A DNA stretch of 32,114 nucleotides from Candidatus Iainarchaeum sp. Its GTDB lineage: Archaea > Iainarchaeota > Iainarchaeia > Iainarchaeales > UBA10191. The notes beneath the pieces were generated by a model. The model was given only the letters and a program-made list of their open reading frames with translations, had not been told where the DNA came from and did no database searches. This document shows, one piece after another, positions 9,605-18,814 of the stretch (positions are counted from its first letter, which is position 1; each line of letters begins with the position of its first letter). A program made the position numbers and the translations under genes. The stretch lies in the NCBI GenBank assembly GCA_030649735.1, contig JAUSFL010000007.1, positions 1 to 32,114 on the forward strand, given 5' to 3'.

Positions 9605-10639
9605 TTGAAAATTTTGAAAATTGACAAGTTGGAGAATTTTGTGGAGTTAATTCCGCACAATTTTGACGACTTGTGGGTTTTGGAGCAGTTTCTGCAAAAA
9701 GGGGACATTATTTCAGGCCATTCCACGCGTTCTTTCAAGCCAAAAAACAGCGAAACAACTGTCCGGAAGAACGTGTTCCTTGAATTGGAGGTTGAAAAGC
9801 CGGAATTCCACAAGTTTTCCGGAAGCCTGAAGGTTTTGGGAATAATCCTTTCAGGCAGGCCTGAAGAGTTTGTTGAAATCAAGGCGCATCATTCCTTGGA
9901 AATTGAATTGAATGAAAAATTGAGGGTGAAAAAAAAGCAGCTTTCAGAATTCGAGCTTGACTTATTGCGCAAGGCAGAAAAAGCGACTTTACAGCCCAAA
10001 CTGATGGTTGTGCTGTTGGATGACGAGGAAGCCACAATCGCCGAATTGAAAGGCTTTGGCTTTGAAACTAAAGCGAAAATTCTCGCCCAGCGTGCGGGAA
10101 AAGGATTTGCAGACCAGGCTGAAAGCAAGTTTTTTCCAGAAATCCTGAAAAAAATCCAGGACTCAAGGCCTGAAAGCCTGCTTGTTGCAGGAATGGGCTT
10201 TGCATTGGATGATTTCAAGAAATTCCTGAAAGACAAGGCGCCGGCATTGAAAGCCTCTTTTGAAAGCGTTAATTCCGTAGGCCACACTGGCTTGAGCGAG
10301 CTATTGAAGCGCGGTGTAGCGTTAAAGGCATTGCAGGAAAGCGAGGCCGCGAAAGAGTCAGCGCTAATGTCAGAGTTCTTGAAAGAATTGGGCAAAAACA
10401 CAGGGCTTTTTGCTTACGGCATTGACGAAGTCTCAAAGGCAATTGAAGCCAAAGCCGTGAAGCAATTGCTTGTTTCGCAAAATTCTTTTTTTGAAAACCG
10501 CAAATTGCTTGAGCCTTTAATGCGTTCTTGCGAGCGCGCAAAGGCAGAAGTTCACGTGTTTGTTTCAAAAAGCGACGCGCTCCAGCAGCTTGAAGGATTC
10601 GGCGGCTTTGCAGCGCTCTTGAAGTACAAAATGCTCTAG
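9605..10639 (+). CDS. pelA: Pelota/Dom34 mRNA surveillance and ribosome rescue factor
   Basis: 'PHNFDDLWVL', 'GD.ISG.STR' and 'HHSLEI' motifs, plus the eRF1-like domain 3 ending 'GGFAALLKY'. Confidence 0.93.
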   Translation: MKILKIDKLENFVELIPHNFDDLWVLEQFLQKGDIISGHSTRSFKPKNSETTVRKNVFLELEVEKPEFHKFSGSLKVLGIILSGRPEEFVEIKAHHSLEIELNEKLRVKKKQLSEFELDLLRKAEKATLQPKLMVVLLDDEEATIAELKGFGFETKAKILAQRAGKGFADQAESKFFPEILKKIQDSRPESLLVAGMGFALDDFKKFLKDKAPALKASFESVNSVGHTGLSELLKRGVALKALQESEAAKESALMSEFLKELGKNTGLFAYGIDEVSKAIEAKAVKQLLVSQNSFFENRKLLEPLMRSCERAKAEVHVFVSKSDALQQLEGFGGFAALLKYKML

Positions 10640-10660
10640 AACTGCCTGGCTTGGGAAAGC

Positions 10661-10957
10661 TTACCTGAACATTTCAAAGCTTTTCCTTAATTTTTCCCAC
10701 TCTTGCAGGAAAATTTTTCCTTCAGCAGTCACGAAAAATCTTTGCTTGCCCGCAACCATTACTTTTTCAATGAAGTTTAGGTCAAGGCATTTTTGGAAAA
10801 TGCGCTTTGCGTTTTTCTTGTAAAGGAAAAAAATTTCGTCTTCAGTCAACGCCTGCGTTTGAAGGCTTTTCAAAAACCTTATTACTTCATCATCCTGGAC
10901 TGCAGAGTACTGGTCCGGATGCTCTAAAAAATACTGGCTTACTTCGTTATCTTCCAT
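10661..10957 (-). CDS. Small hypothetical protein, possible winged HTH
   Basis: C-terminal 'LNFIEK....KQRFFVTAEGKIFL' resembles a wHTH wing. Confidence 0.5.
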   Translation of the reverse strand: MEDNEVSQYFLEHPDQYSAVQDDEVIRFLKSLQTQALTEDEIFFLYKKNAKRIFQKCLDLNFIEKVMVAGKQRFFVTAEGKIFLQEWEKLRKSFEMFR

Positions 10958-11002
10958 TGAATTTCACGCTTTTGGTTTCCTGAAATATTAGTGCTGGAAA
11001 GC

Positions 11003-12580
11003 TTAAAGTAGTTTGCTTTCAAAAACTCCGTCATCAAAATAGCCTTGCTTTCTGTAGTATTCTTTCACTCCAATTCCTGAAATCACTGAAAGCTTTCCAA
11101 AGCCCAATTCTTGCCTTGCGATTTCTTCAGCTTCTGAAAGGAGCTTTTTTCCAATTCCAAAATGCTGTATTTTTGCCGGGTTTTTTTTCCCGATTCCCAA
11201 CGCAGTTCCGTAAACATGCAATTCGCGCACTAATGCAGAGTCCTGCAATTCTTTCCTGAAAGGCTCGAATGGCTTTCTCAAGCGCAAAAAACCGTAAAGG
11301 TTTTCGGCATCATCTTCCATTGAAAGGAAAATTTCCTTTCCATTGCTTGCATTGTAGTCAATTCTTTCAACGTGCAGTTTTTCAAAGGCAGGAGTTTTGC
11401 TTTTCAAGTACTCCGCAAGGCCAATCTCGCGGCAGCGAATGCAACCGCATTTTTCCCCAAGCTCTGCAAGCCGTTTGTGGACCAATTGCCGAATGTTCGA
11501 GCTTTTCACTCCGGCCTCAATGAATTGCGTTGGAATGTCCCTTTGAATCCTCATTACGCGGACCCATTTTGGAAAAAACCTTTTCGCTTTCACAATGAAT
11601 TCGACTGCCTTTTCGTCATCAAACGGCTCAAAATCCCCGCGTTTCCACAAATTGTAAAGCCTTGTTCCCTTCATTACAAGGCAAGGATAGATTTTTGCCA
11701 TGTCCGGCCTGAATTCTTGCTCTGAAAAGACTTTCTTGAAAGCCAATAGGTCTTTTTTGAAATTGCTGTAAGGCAGTCCAGGCATCAAGTGATAATTTAT
11801 TTTCAATGCAGAGTCTTTGAGCAATTGAGTTGCCTGCACAACGTCTTTTACAGTGTGCCCGCGGTTTAGTTTCTTGTACAAGTCGTCAAATACTGTTTGC
11901 ACTCCAAGCTCAACGCGCGTTGCGCCAAAATCAAGCATTCTGTCAATTTCTGTCTTTCCGCAATAGTCCGGCCTTGTTTCAAAAGTCAAGCCCACAATCC
12001 TGTGGATTGAATGCTCCGCGTTCTTTTTTGCGGCTTTAAGGCTTTTTGAATTCTTCCAGTTCACTGCATTAAAGCAGTCAAGCATGAATTTTTTCTGGAA
12101 ATTGAAGGGCGCTGCCGGAAAAGTCCCGCCCATTATTATCAATTCTATTTTTTCTGCAGAGTGGCCCATTTCTTCCAATTGTTTAATGCGGCCTTGAATT
12201 TGCTTTCTTGCATTGAATTTTGCCTGCAGTGCGCGTAAAGTTGCAGGCTCTCTTCCAGTATAACTTTTTGGGGTTTCTTCATCAACCAGGCTGTTAGGGC
12301 AGTAAATGCATTTTCCCGGGCATTTTTGCGGTTTTGGCATTAAGGCGACTGCAACAATTCCTGAAATGCTTTTCACATGCTTCATTTCAAGCAATTTCAA
12401 CAGCCTTTCATTCCGTTTTTTCGCGAAAGAAAGAATTGTAGCGTTTGAAGGCGCAAAATCAATTTTGTGCTTTTTGCAAAGAGTGTTTTTGAGCTTGTTT
12501 AGCTGCTTAATGTTTTCAACACTGCCTTTGTTTACTGCCTTAATGATTTCAAGGCAGTACTTTGATTTTGGGCTTTGCAT
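11003..12580 (-). CDS. elp3: Elp3 tRNA U34 acetyltransferase (radical SAM + GNAT)
   Basis: CPGKCIYCP, 'PKSYTGREPA', 'ETRPDYC', 'RIQRDIP', 'CIRCRE', 'VRELHVYG' and 'QHFGIG' motifs. Confidence 0.96.
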   Translation of the reverse strand: MQSPKSKYCLEIIKAVNKGSVENIKQLNKLKNTLCKKHKIDFAPSNATILSFAKKRNERLLKLLEMKHVKSISGIVAVALMPKPQKCPGKCIYCPNSLVDEETPKSYTGREPATLRALQAKFNARKQIQGRIKQLEEMGHSAEKIELIIMGGTFPAAPFNFQKKFMLDCFNAVNWKNSKSLKAAKKNAEHSIHRIVGLTFETRPDYCGKTEIDRMLDFGATRVELGVQTVFDDLYKKLNRGHTVKDVVQATQLLKDSALKINYHLMPGLPYSNFKKDLLAFKKVFSEQEFRPDMAKIYPCLVMKGTRLYNLWKRGDFEPFDDEKAVEFIVKAKRFFPKWVRVMRIQRDIPTQFIEAGVKSSNIRQLVHKRLAELGEKCGCIRCREIGLAEYLKSKTPAFEKLHVERIDYNASNGKEIFLSMEDDAENLYGFLRLRKPFEPFRKELQDSALVRELHVYGTALGIGKKNPAKIQHFGIGKKLLSEAEEIARQELGFGKLSVISGIGVKEYYRKQGYFDDGVFESKLL

Positions 12581-12620
12581 AATGAATTAGTAAAGTGTTA
12601 AATTTTTCAATTGCTGGCTT

Positions 12621-13409
12621 TCAAGCCAGTTGTCCAATGAAAGAATTGAACCAGTAATACGGCAAAAGGCTTGGAGTGAAGAATGGAAAACCGTACAATG
12701 CGGCCTCGTACTTGCTTTTCAGGCTTGGCTTCACTTCAATTCTAGGACTTATTTCACTCAGCACTTTTTCAGTAAGCAATGATTTTGTAAAGAAAGAGAA
12801 TTTTTTCACCCCATAATTTTTTGGGCTTATTGCAATGACCAACTGCTGTGAAGACTTTGGCTTTAATGTTAAAGTTTTGGGCGCAAACCAAGTTAGCGGC
12901 AAAGAAGAATAGATTTCCACCTTGTGCTCTGCTATTGAATCGTTGTTTAAAGTATAAACGAAAGTAATGTCTTCGCCGGAATTTGCTGTTTTCTTCAATG
13001 AATCAACCTGGCTTGTAATCAAGTCGTCCTGGACGAAAACCAAAAACCCGGCCTTTTGCTGGCTTCCTTTGGCGTCTTCCAGCACTGAATCAAACTGGAA
13101 TGCGCCATTGGCTGCTGTTTTTGGCGCAGTAACATGCAATATCAATGTGTTCTTGTTCCTTGCCTGCAAGACTGCTAAAGCAGTCCAGCCTTCAGGAAGG
13201 CTTGCAGCGCTTGCCTTAACCCAATCTTCCTGGCTTCCTGAAAATGTTGAAAAAATAATTTCCAAAGTTTCTCCAGCCTGAATGCTTCCAGCCTCAATAA
13301 CCTGGTTTTCCAAGGAGTATTTCTCGACTGGCGAAACAACCTTGACGTCAGCCAGCGCTATTGCAGAAAATAACAAAACAGCAATCAAAACAAGAGTTTT
13401 TTTTAACAT
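12621..13409 (-). CDS. Secreted/surface protein with two beta-rich (Ig-like) domains
   Basis: Sec signal peptide (MLKKTLVLIAVLLFSAIALA), beta-strand-rich body and hydrophobic aromatic C-terminus. Confidence 0.65.
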   Translation of the reverse strand: MLKKTLVLIAVLLFSAIALADVKVVSPVEKYSLENQVIEAGSIQAGETLEIIFSTFSGSQEDWVKASAASLPEGWTALAVLQARNKNTLILHVTAPKTAANGAFQFDSVLEDAKGSQQKAGFLVFVQDDLITSQVDSLKKTANSGEDITFVYTLNNDSIAEHKVEIYSSLPLTWFAPKTLTLKPKSSQQLVIAISPKNYGVKKFSFFTKSLLTEKVLSEISPRIEVKPSLKSKYEAALYGFPFFTPSLLPYYWFNSFIGQLA

Positions 13410-13452
13410 TGCTTCACTTTTATTATAAAAGCTGAAAATATTTTAAAAGGTA

Positions 13453-14124
13453 ATGTGCTTGAAAGCCCTAGTTTTTGGCGATATCCACTCAGAAACCGAA
13501 AAAGTGCAGGAATTGGCGGACAAAACCAGCGGGCAAGCCTTCGAGCTTGTTTTAATAACTGGCGACTTCACCAATGAAGGAACCTTGAAATTTGCCGAAA
13601 AAACAATTTCAATCATTGAAAAAGCCTTTCCGAAAGCGAGAATTCTTGCAATTCCAGGCAATCAAGACAGCAAGGAAATCATTGAATTCCTTGAAAGCAA
13701 AGGCGCCAGCCTTCACAAGAAAGCCGTGGAATTCAATGGCTTTGAGTTCATTGGAATCGGGGGCGGAAAGCCAGTCAACACTTTTTATAGGATTAATGCC
13801 GGAGAGTTGGAGGCCAAAAAATTCTTCAAGGAAAACTATCCTGCTTCCGGAAAGCCAGTGATTGTTTTAACCCACACTCCTCCTTCAGGAGCCAGCATTG
13901 GAAAGACTGCCACTGGAATTGACTTGGGCCTTAAGGCATTGCGTGAAACAATTGAGGAAAAACAGCCATTGCTTGTAATTTGCGGTCACGTGCACGAGGC
14001 CTTTGGCGAAGACTTCATTGGCAAAACATTATGCATTAATGTGGGCCCATTAACGCATGGAAATGCAGTGATTTTGGAATTGAATGGCTTTGAAAAACCG
14101 AAATTTGAGAGAATAAAATTTTAG
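13453..14124 (+). CDS. Calcineurin-like metallophosphoesterase
   Basis: DIH, TGD, PGNQD, THTPP and CGHVHE motifs. Confidence 0.9.
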   Translation: MCLKALVFGDIHSETEKVQELADKTSGQAFELVLITGDFTNEGTLKFAEKTISIIEKAFPKARILAIPGNQDSKEIIEFLESKGASLHKKAVEFNGFEFIGIGGGKPVNTFYRINAGELEAKKFFKENYPASGKPVIVLTHTPPSGASIGKTATGIDLGLKALRETIEEKQPLLVICGHVHEAFGEDFIGKTLCINVGPLTHGNAVILELNGFEKPKFERIKF

Positions 14125-14132
14125 GCGATTGA

Positions 14133-14672
14133 ATGGCTGAAAAAAGACTGTTTGTGGCTGTTGAAATTCCTGCAAAGCAAAAGCAAGAATTGTTTGACAA
14201 ATACTCGCGGCTTTTAGACAGTGAGAAATTCAAGATTGTAATGCCTGAAAGCATGCACTTGACCTTGATGTTTTTGGGAAATGTTGCGGAAGAAAAGATC
14301 GCGGGGCTGGAAGAAAATCTTTCCAAAGTTTCAGCAAAAAAATTCAGGCTCAAGATTGAAGGCGCTGGATTTTTTGGAAAAAACATCCTTTGGATTGGAA
14401 TTTCCAAAGGAAAGCAAGAGATTGAAGGGCTCGCGGCAAATTCAAGGAGCGCTATAGGATTTTTTGGAGAAGAATTCAAGCCGCATTTGACAATTGCCAG
14501 AAACAAGAGCGCTTCAAGCGCAGAGTTTGCACAGGCATTCCGCAAGATCCAAGACGCGAAAATCACTGCAGAATTCTTTGTAGACGGTTTCAATCTTTTG
14601 GAATCGCGGCTTTTGCCTCAAGGCCCGAAGCATTCTGTCTTGAAGGAATTCGCGCTTTCAAATATTGGCTGA
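14133..14672 (+). CDS. thpR: RNA 2',3'-cyclic phosphodiesterase (2H family, '2'-5' RNA ligase')
   Basis: 'RLFVAV', two HxT motifs (HLTL, PHLTI) and 'ESRL.P.GP'. Confidence 0.92.
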   Translation: MAEKRLFVAVEIPAKQKQELFDKYSRLLDSEKFKIVMPESMHLTLMFLGNVAEEKIAGLEENLSKVSAKKFRLKIEGAGFFGKNILWIGISKGKQEIEGLAANSRSAIGFFGEEFKPHLTIARNKSASSAEFAQAFRKIQDAKITAEFFVDGFNLLESRLLPQGPKHSVLKEFALSNIG

Positions 14673-16223
14673 AATGCCTTCGGCAATCTTTTCCAAAATG
14701 TATTTTGGATTGTAGTAGTATCCTTGGATTATTTTTTCAACTTCGGTCTGCTGGCTGATGTTGTTTTCAAACATCCACTCGAGGATTTTTTGCCTTACCG
14801 CAATTTCCCTCATGAGCTCTTTTTTTGTAATGCCTGCCTTTTCTGAAAGAGTTTCCAAGACCCTTGCAGGAACATCTGTTTTTTTGATTTCGTCCTTGTT
14901 CCTGTCCCATTCGAAAATATTGCTCAACAGCACTTGCTCATTCATTCTGCTGACTTCAGTCACTTGGTAAACACGCCTTATGAGCCCTTTGTCCCTGATG
15001 TACTGCCTGTACTGCACTACAATCAAGTCAAGGAGCGGAAGCATTGCCTCTGGAACAGCCATTGGCTCTGACTTTAACCTGATGAGCGTTTCTTTGGCGT
15101 TGTTCGCGTGCAAAGTGCCCATCAATCCCTTGTGCCCGGTGTCCATTGCGACAAACATTGTCTGCGCTTCGCTGCCGCGCACTTCACCGACCAGAATCCT
15201 GTCAGGGCGCATTCGCAAGGAATTCTTAAGCAAGTCATCCATTGAAACTTCCTTATTGTCGCTGCTTTTGAGCCTTGCTTCCATTCTGATCCAGTTTTCC
15301 CTGTCCCCAAGCTGCAGTTCTAAAGTGTCTTCAATCGTGACTATCCTGTTCCTGTAGCGCAAAAACTGCGCAAGGCAGTTTAATGTTGTTGTTTTGCCGC
15401 TTGTTGTTCCGCCGGCAACAATAATGTTCATTGGCTCTATTTCCAGCCCTTCAACCATTGCCCATAAGAAAGCCGCAATTTCGGCATTGAGAGTTCCATT
15501 CGCGATCAAGTCAATCACAGTCAATGGCTCTTTCTTGAATTTTCTTATTGTCAAGGTCATTCCGAAAGGAGTCACGTAACTGAATGTCGCATTGGCCCTG
15601 TTTCCGTCCGGCAATCTTGCGTCAAGCAATGGGTTGTTGGTGTCAAAGACTTTCCCGACTCTTTTGGCGATTTTTTTGACAAGCTGCGTCATGTTCTCTG
15701 GCTTTGCAATTTTCACATTGCTTTTGCACATTCCAAAATTCCGGTGGAACACGAAAATGCTTTCAAAAGAATTCACCATTATTTCCTCAAGCTCCGGGTC
15801 CTTGACTAACGGGCTTAATTCTCCATACCCAATGCTTTCTTCCAGAATTCTTTCGGCAATTTCCTCAGTGTTTTCAATGCTTGAGTGCTTTTGCAAAAAG
15901 CCCGAAAGCTCTTCTTCAAGCTTTTCCATCTGCTCGCTTGTCGGCAAAGTGTCAAGCAAGTCTTCGCTCTCAATTTTTCCAATAATCAGCCGCAAGGCAG
16001 TCAAGCCTGTTTCAGGAATGTTCTTTTCCAATGCCTTTGCGACATCATTAAGCGGGGACTTTCTGGAAATCACTTCAACAAGAGTTTTCCTGATTCTTTC
16101 GGTTTTGGAATCCAATGGCTTTTCAGCAAGCTCGTAATAATAATAAGGAAAGCCCTCAAAAATTTTCACTCCTTTTCCGGCGAAAAGAACGCTTCCCTTG
16201 ATTTCGGAAATCTTGTCAGTCAT
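14658..16223 (-). CDS. CpaF/VirB11-family type IV pilus assembly ATPase
   Basis: 'EEIMVN', 'DARLPDG.R', 'TIRKF', Walker A GGTTSGKTT, 'EDTLEL', 'RMRPDRILVGEVRG' and 'TLHA'. Start probably ATG 16223 (GGCGGT upstream); 16238 is an alternative. Confidence 0.93.
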   Translation of the reverse strand: MTDKISEIKGSVLFAGKGVKIFEGFPYYYYELAEKPLDSKTERIRKTLVEVISRKSPLNDVAKALEKNIPETGLTALRLIIGKIESEDLLDTLPTSEQMEKLEEELSGFLQKHSSIENTEEIAERILEESIGYGELSPLVKDPELEEIMVNSFESIFVFHRNFGMCKSNVKIAKPENMTQLVKKIAKRVGKVFDTNNPLLDARLPDGNRANATFSYVTPFGMTLTIRKFKKEPLTVIDLIANGTLNAEIAAFLWAMVEGLEIEPMNIIVAGGTTSGKTTTLNCLAQFLRYRNRIVTIEDTLELQLGDRENWIRMEARLKSSDNKEVSMDDLLKNSLRMRPDRILVGEVRGSEAQTMFVAMDTGHKGLMGTLHANNAKETLIRLKSEPMAVPEAMLPLLDLIVVQYRQYIRDKGLIRRVYQVTEVSRMNEQVLLSNIFEWDRNKDEIKKTDVPARVLETLSEKAGITKKELMREIAVRQKILEWMFENNISQQTEVEKIIQGYYYNPKYILEKIAEGISANI

Positions 16224-16298
16224 AACCGCCACTGCCATTAATGCGCTGTTGAACGCGCAATGAAACAATTATATTAAAGAATCTTCAATATTTAAACT

Positions 16299-17687
16299 AT
16301 GCTTTCCTTGGAAAAGATTTTCAGCAAAGTTCTTGCCAAAGTAAAGCCATCTTCCCAAGAATTCGTCAAAGAAATGGGAATGGCCGAGGAATTAATCAAG
16401 AAAATATACAAAATTGAAGGAAAGCACGTTTCAGCCAGGCTTGGGGGCTCGCTGTCCAGGAACACTCACTTGAGGGGAGACAGGGACATTGACTTGTTTC
16501 TGATGTTTCCAGAGCATTTGGAAAGGAAAGAATTTGAAAAGGAAGGCTTGCGGATTGGAAAAGAAATTTTCAAGGGAAAACACTTTGAAATAGCGTATTC
16601 AGAGCACCCTTATGTCCGCGGAACAATCGACGGCTTTGACGTGGAAGTAGTGCCTTCATTTGACATTAAAAGCACTGCGGACTTGAAGTCAAGCGTTGAC
16701 CGCTCGTCATTCCACACGCAATACTTGCTGCGCAAAATGCGTGAAGAGCAGAAAGACCAAGTCAGGCTTTTGAAGCAGTTCTTGAAAGGAATCGGCTGCT
16801 ATGGCGCTGACTTAAAGCAAGCGAGCTTTTCAGGGTATTTGACAGAGCTTTTGATTTTAGAGTACGATGATTTTGAAAACTGCCTGAAAAAAGTTTCAGA
16901 ATGGCCTAAAAATGCAGTGCTTGATTTTGAAAAGCACTTGCTTAAGGAAGAAGCACTGGAAAAATTCCGCGAAAACTTCTTGATTGTCATTGACCCTACA
17001 GACAGTTCAAGGAATGTTGCCGCCGCAGTAAGCATCCAGCAAATGTGCCGCTTCATTGCGGCAGCGCGCGCTTTCCTGAAAAAGCCTTCGGAAAATTTCT
17101 TTTTCCCAAAAAAGCAGGCGCCTTTCCCAGTGAGAAAAGTTTCAACCCTAGTCCAAAAGGAAGGATTGATTGTTTTGGAAATTCCTTTCCCGAAAAAAAT
17201 CCTGCCAGACATTGTTTGGGGAATAATAAAGCGCCTTGCCAGAAAAATTCATTCAGCGCTTGGCGAGAAAGATTTTACAGCAATACGGTGCGAAGCATGG
17301 ACTGACGAAAAGCATTTGGTCACGATTGCCTTGGACTTGCAGGCCAATAGGCTGGAGCAGATTTTCAGGCGCGAAGGCCCCGAAGTCTTCAATAAACTTG
17401 CCTGCGAAAACTTCCTGAAAGCGCACCCGCACCCGATTTCCGGGCCGAGAATTGAAGGCTCGCGTTGGGTAATTGAAGAATTGCGCGAGCAGTACCTTGC
17501 AACAGAGTTTTTGAAATTCCTTCTTGCAAAACTTTCAAAGGAAGAAGTCAAGCAATTCCGCAGCTCATTGAAAAAAGCCCGCGTTTTAAACCAAAAGCAA
17601 ATTCTTGCATTGTACAAGAAAAACCGCAAATTCCAGGAATACTTCACAAAATTCCTGAAAGGAAAAGAAGAGTTTTTGGAGCTTTAG
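16299..17687 (+). CDS. cca: Archaeal class I CCA-adding tRNA nucleotidyltransferase
   Basis: 'GSLSRNTHLRGDRDIDLF', 'YSEHPYV', 'SSVDRS.FH', 'FSGYLTELL' and 'DPTD..RNVAAA' motifs. Confidence 0.95.
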   Translation: MLSLEKIFSKVLAKVKPSSQEFVKEMGMAEELIKKIYKIEGKHVSARLGGSLSRNTHLRGDRDIDLFLMFPEHLERKEFEKEGLRIGKEIFKGKHFEIAYSEHPYVRGTIDGFDVEVVPSFDIKSTADLKSSVDRSSFHTQYLLRKMREEQKDQVRLLKQFLKGIGCYGADLKQASFSGYLTELLILEYDDFENCLKKVSEWPKNAVLDFEKHLLKEEALEKFRENFLIVIDPTDSSRNVAAAVSIQQMCRFIAAARAFLKKPSENFFFPKKQAPFPVRKVSTLVQKEGLIVLEIPFPKKILPDIVWGIIKRLARKIHSALGEKDFTAIRCEAWTDEKHLVTIALDLQANRLEQIFRREGPEVFNKLACENFLKAHPHPISGPRIEGSRWVIEELREQYLATEFLKFLLAKLSKEEVKQFRSSLKKARVLNQKQILALYKKNRKFQEYFTKFLKGKEEFLEL

Positions 17688-17696
17688 TGTGCTTCG

Positions 17697-17717
17697 CACG
17701 ACTGGAAATCTGGCTTC
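17697..17717 (+). promoter_or_regulatory. Conserved upstream element, copy A (CACGACTGGAAATCTGGCTTC)
   Basis: Intergenic; ends 36 nt before ATG 17753 and is followed by TATA-like TTATTAAA (17724-17731). Matches copies B and C. Confidence 0.7.
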
Positions 17718-17752
17718 GCTTGATTATTAAATTATAAAAGCAAGATATTGCT

Positions 17753-18814
17753 ATGGGTTGTTTGTCGATTGTACATTGGTATGACTTGCCAAATTCTACA
17801 AATATTCGTCTTTCAAAGCAGTTTCAAAATGAATTAATTTCAACAATTTTGGGGAAAACTCCCAAACCAAAAATAAAAAACCTTGCTAATCTTTTAAGAA
17901 TATCTACGAGTCAACTCCAATTATATAAATGTTTAAAATCTAATTTTTCAGTTGCGACATTAGTGAAAATTTGTGCAGCTTTTTCAATAGATTTGGGAAT
18001 GATAGAGAAAAATATAATTGCAATAGGCAAGAAAAACATAATTCTGGATCCAAAGCTTCCTTTTATGCTTAATTCTTGCAACGCAGTTGCCTTGCGTTCA
18101 ATAATAAATTCAGAAGGGCACATTCCAATAGTTAAAGGCTCAACAATTAAAATCAGGGTTGCAGAAACAGAATTGTTGGAGAAATCGATTCAATACGCCA
18201 AAACAGTTTTTGGCGAATTTAATACATTAATAAAGAAAACGAAAGGGAAGAACTCGTTTGAAGTCTACTTTCCAACGGTAATTGGAGATTCTCTTGAGCT
18301 GAGTGGTATTACAAGAGGCAGTAAAATATTACAAAATACTCATATTCCAGAAGATATCGTGAACGGAAGCCAGCAAGTGAAAAGAGCATATTTACAATGG
18401 TCATTTGCAAGCGAGATGGAAAATAGTGATGGAATTGTCAAATTGACCCGGCACGTTGATGTAACTGAATTGCTTGATGAAAATTATATTTCAAAACTCG
18501 ATTTTGGAGCAAATTTTAATGGTAAAATTCCAGATAATGTAAAAGCATTGCTTGAGAAAAGGAAGCCTAATCTTTTGCTTGGGGAACTTCAGCTTCTAAG
18601 GGATTTTGGTGTTTACCGAGAACCGAGGCTAAAACTGCTTTGGAAAACAAAGAGGAATAGTGTTTCAGCAGCTTGGAACTTTTGTATCACCAATAAAAAT
18701 GATTTATCTATTTTGAAAGATGAGATTGGCTTGCCTTTAAAGGAAAAGCAAGACAAACTTGTGGCTAGCTTTGAAGAAAAGTATAAAATACGAGAAAATC
18801 CCTCAATTTGTTGA
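17753..18814 (+). CDS. HTH + degenerate LAGLIDADG (DOD) endonuclease-like protein
   Basis: N-terminal XRE-like HTH (IKNLANLLRISTSQLQLYK...SVATLVKIC), then 'PKLPF', motif 1 'LRSIINSEGH', 'G.K...N..IP' and motif 2 'RAYLQWSFASEM'. AT-rich codon usage. Confidence 0.65.
   Translation: MGCLSIVHWYDLPNSTNIRLSKQFQNELISTILGKTPKPKIKNLANLLRISTSQLQLYKCLKSNFSVATLVKICAAFSIDLGMIEKNIIAIGKKNIILDPKLPFMLNSCNAVALRSIINSEGHIPIVKGSTIKIRVAETELLEKSIQYAKTVFGEFNTLIKKTKGKNSFEVYFPTVIGDSLELSGITRGSKILQNTHIPEDIVNGSQQVKRAYLQWSFASEMENSDGIVKLTRHVDVTELLDENYISKLDFGANFNGKIPDNVKALLEKRKPNLLLGELQLLRDFGVYREPRLKLLWKTKRNSVSAAWNFCITNKNDLSILKDEIGLPLKEKQDKLVASFEEKYKIRENPSIC

Noticed and set aside
12904-12926. Partial match to the element (minus strand CACAAGGTGGAAATCTATTCTTC)
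   Set aside because: It lies inside a coding region (HKVEIYSS), has altered spacing and mismatches, and is not at the promoter distance from any start codon. Probably chance.
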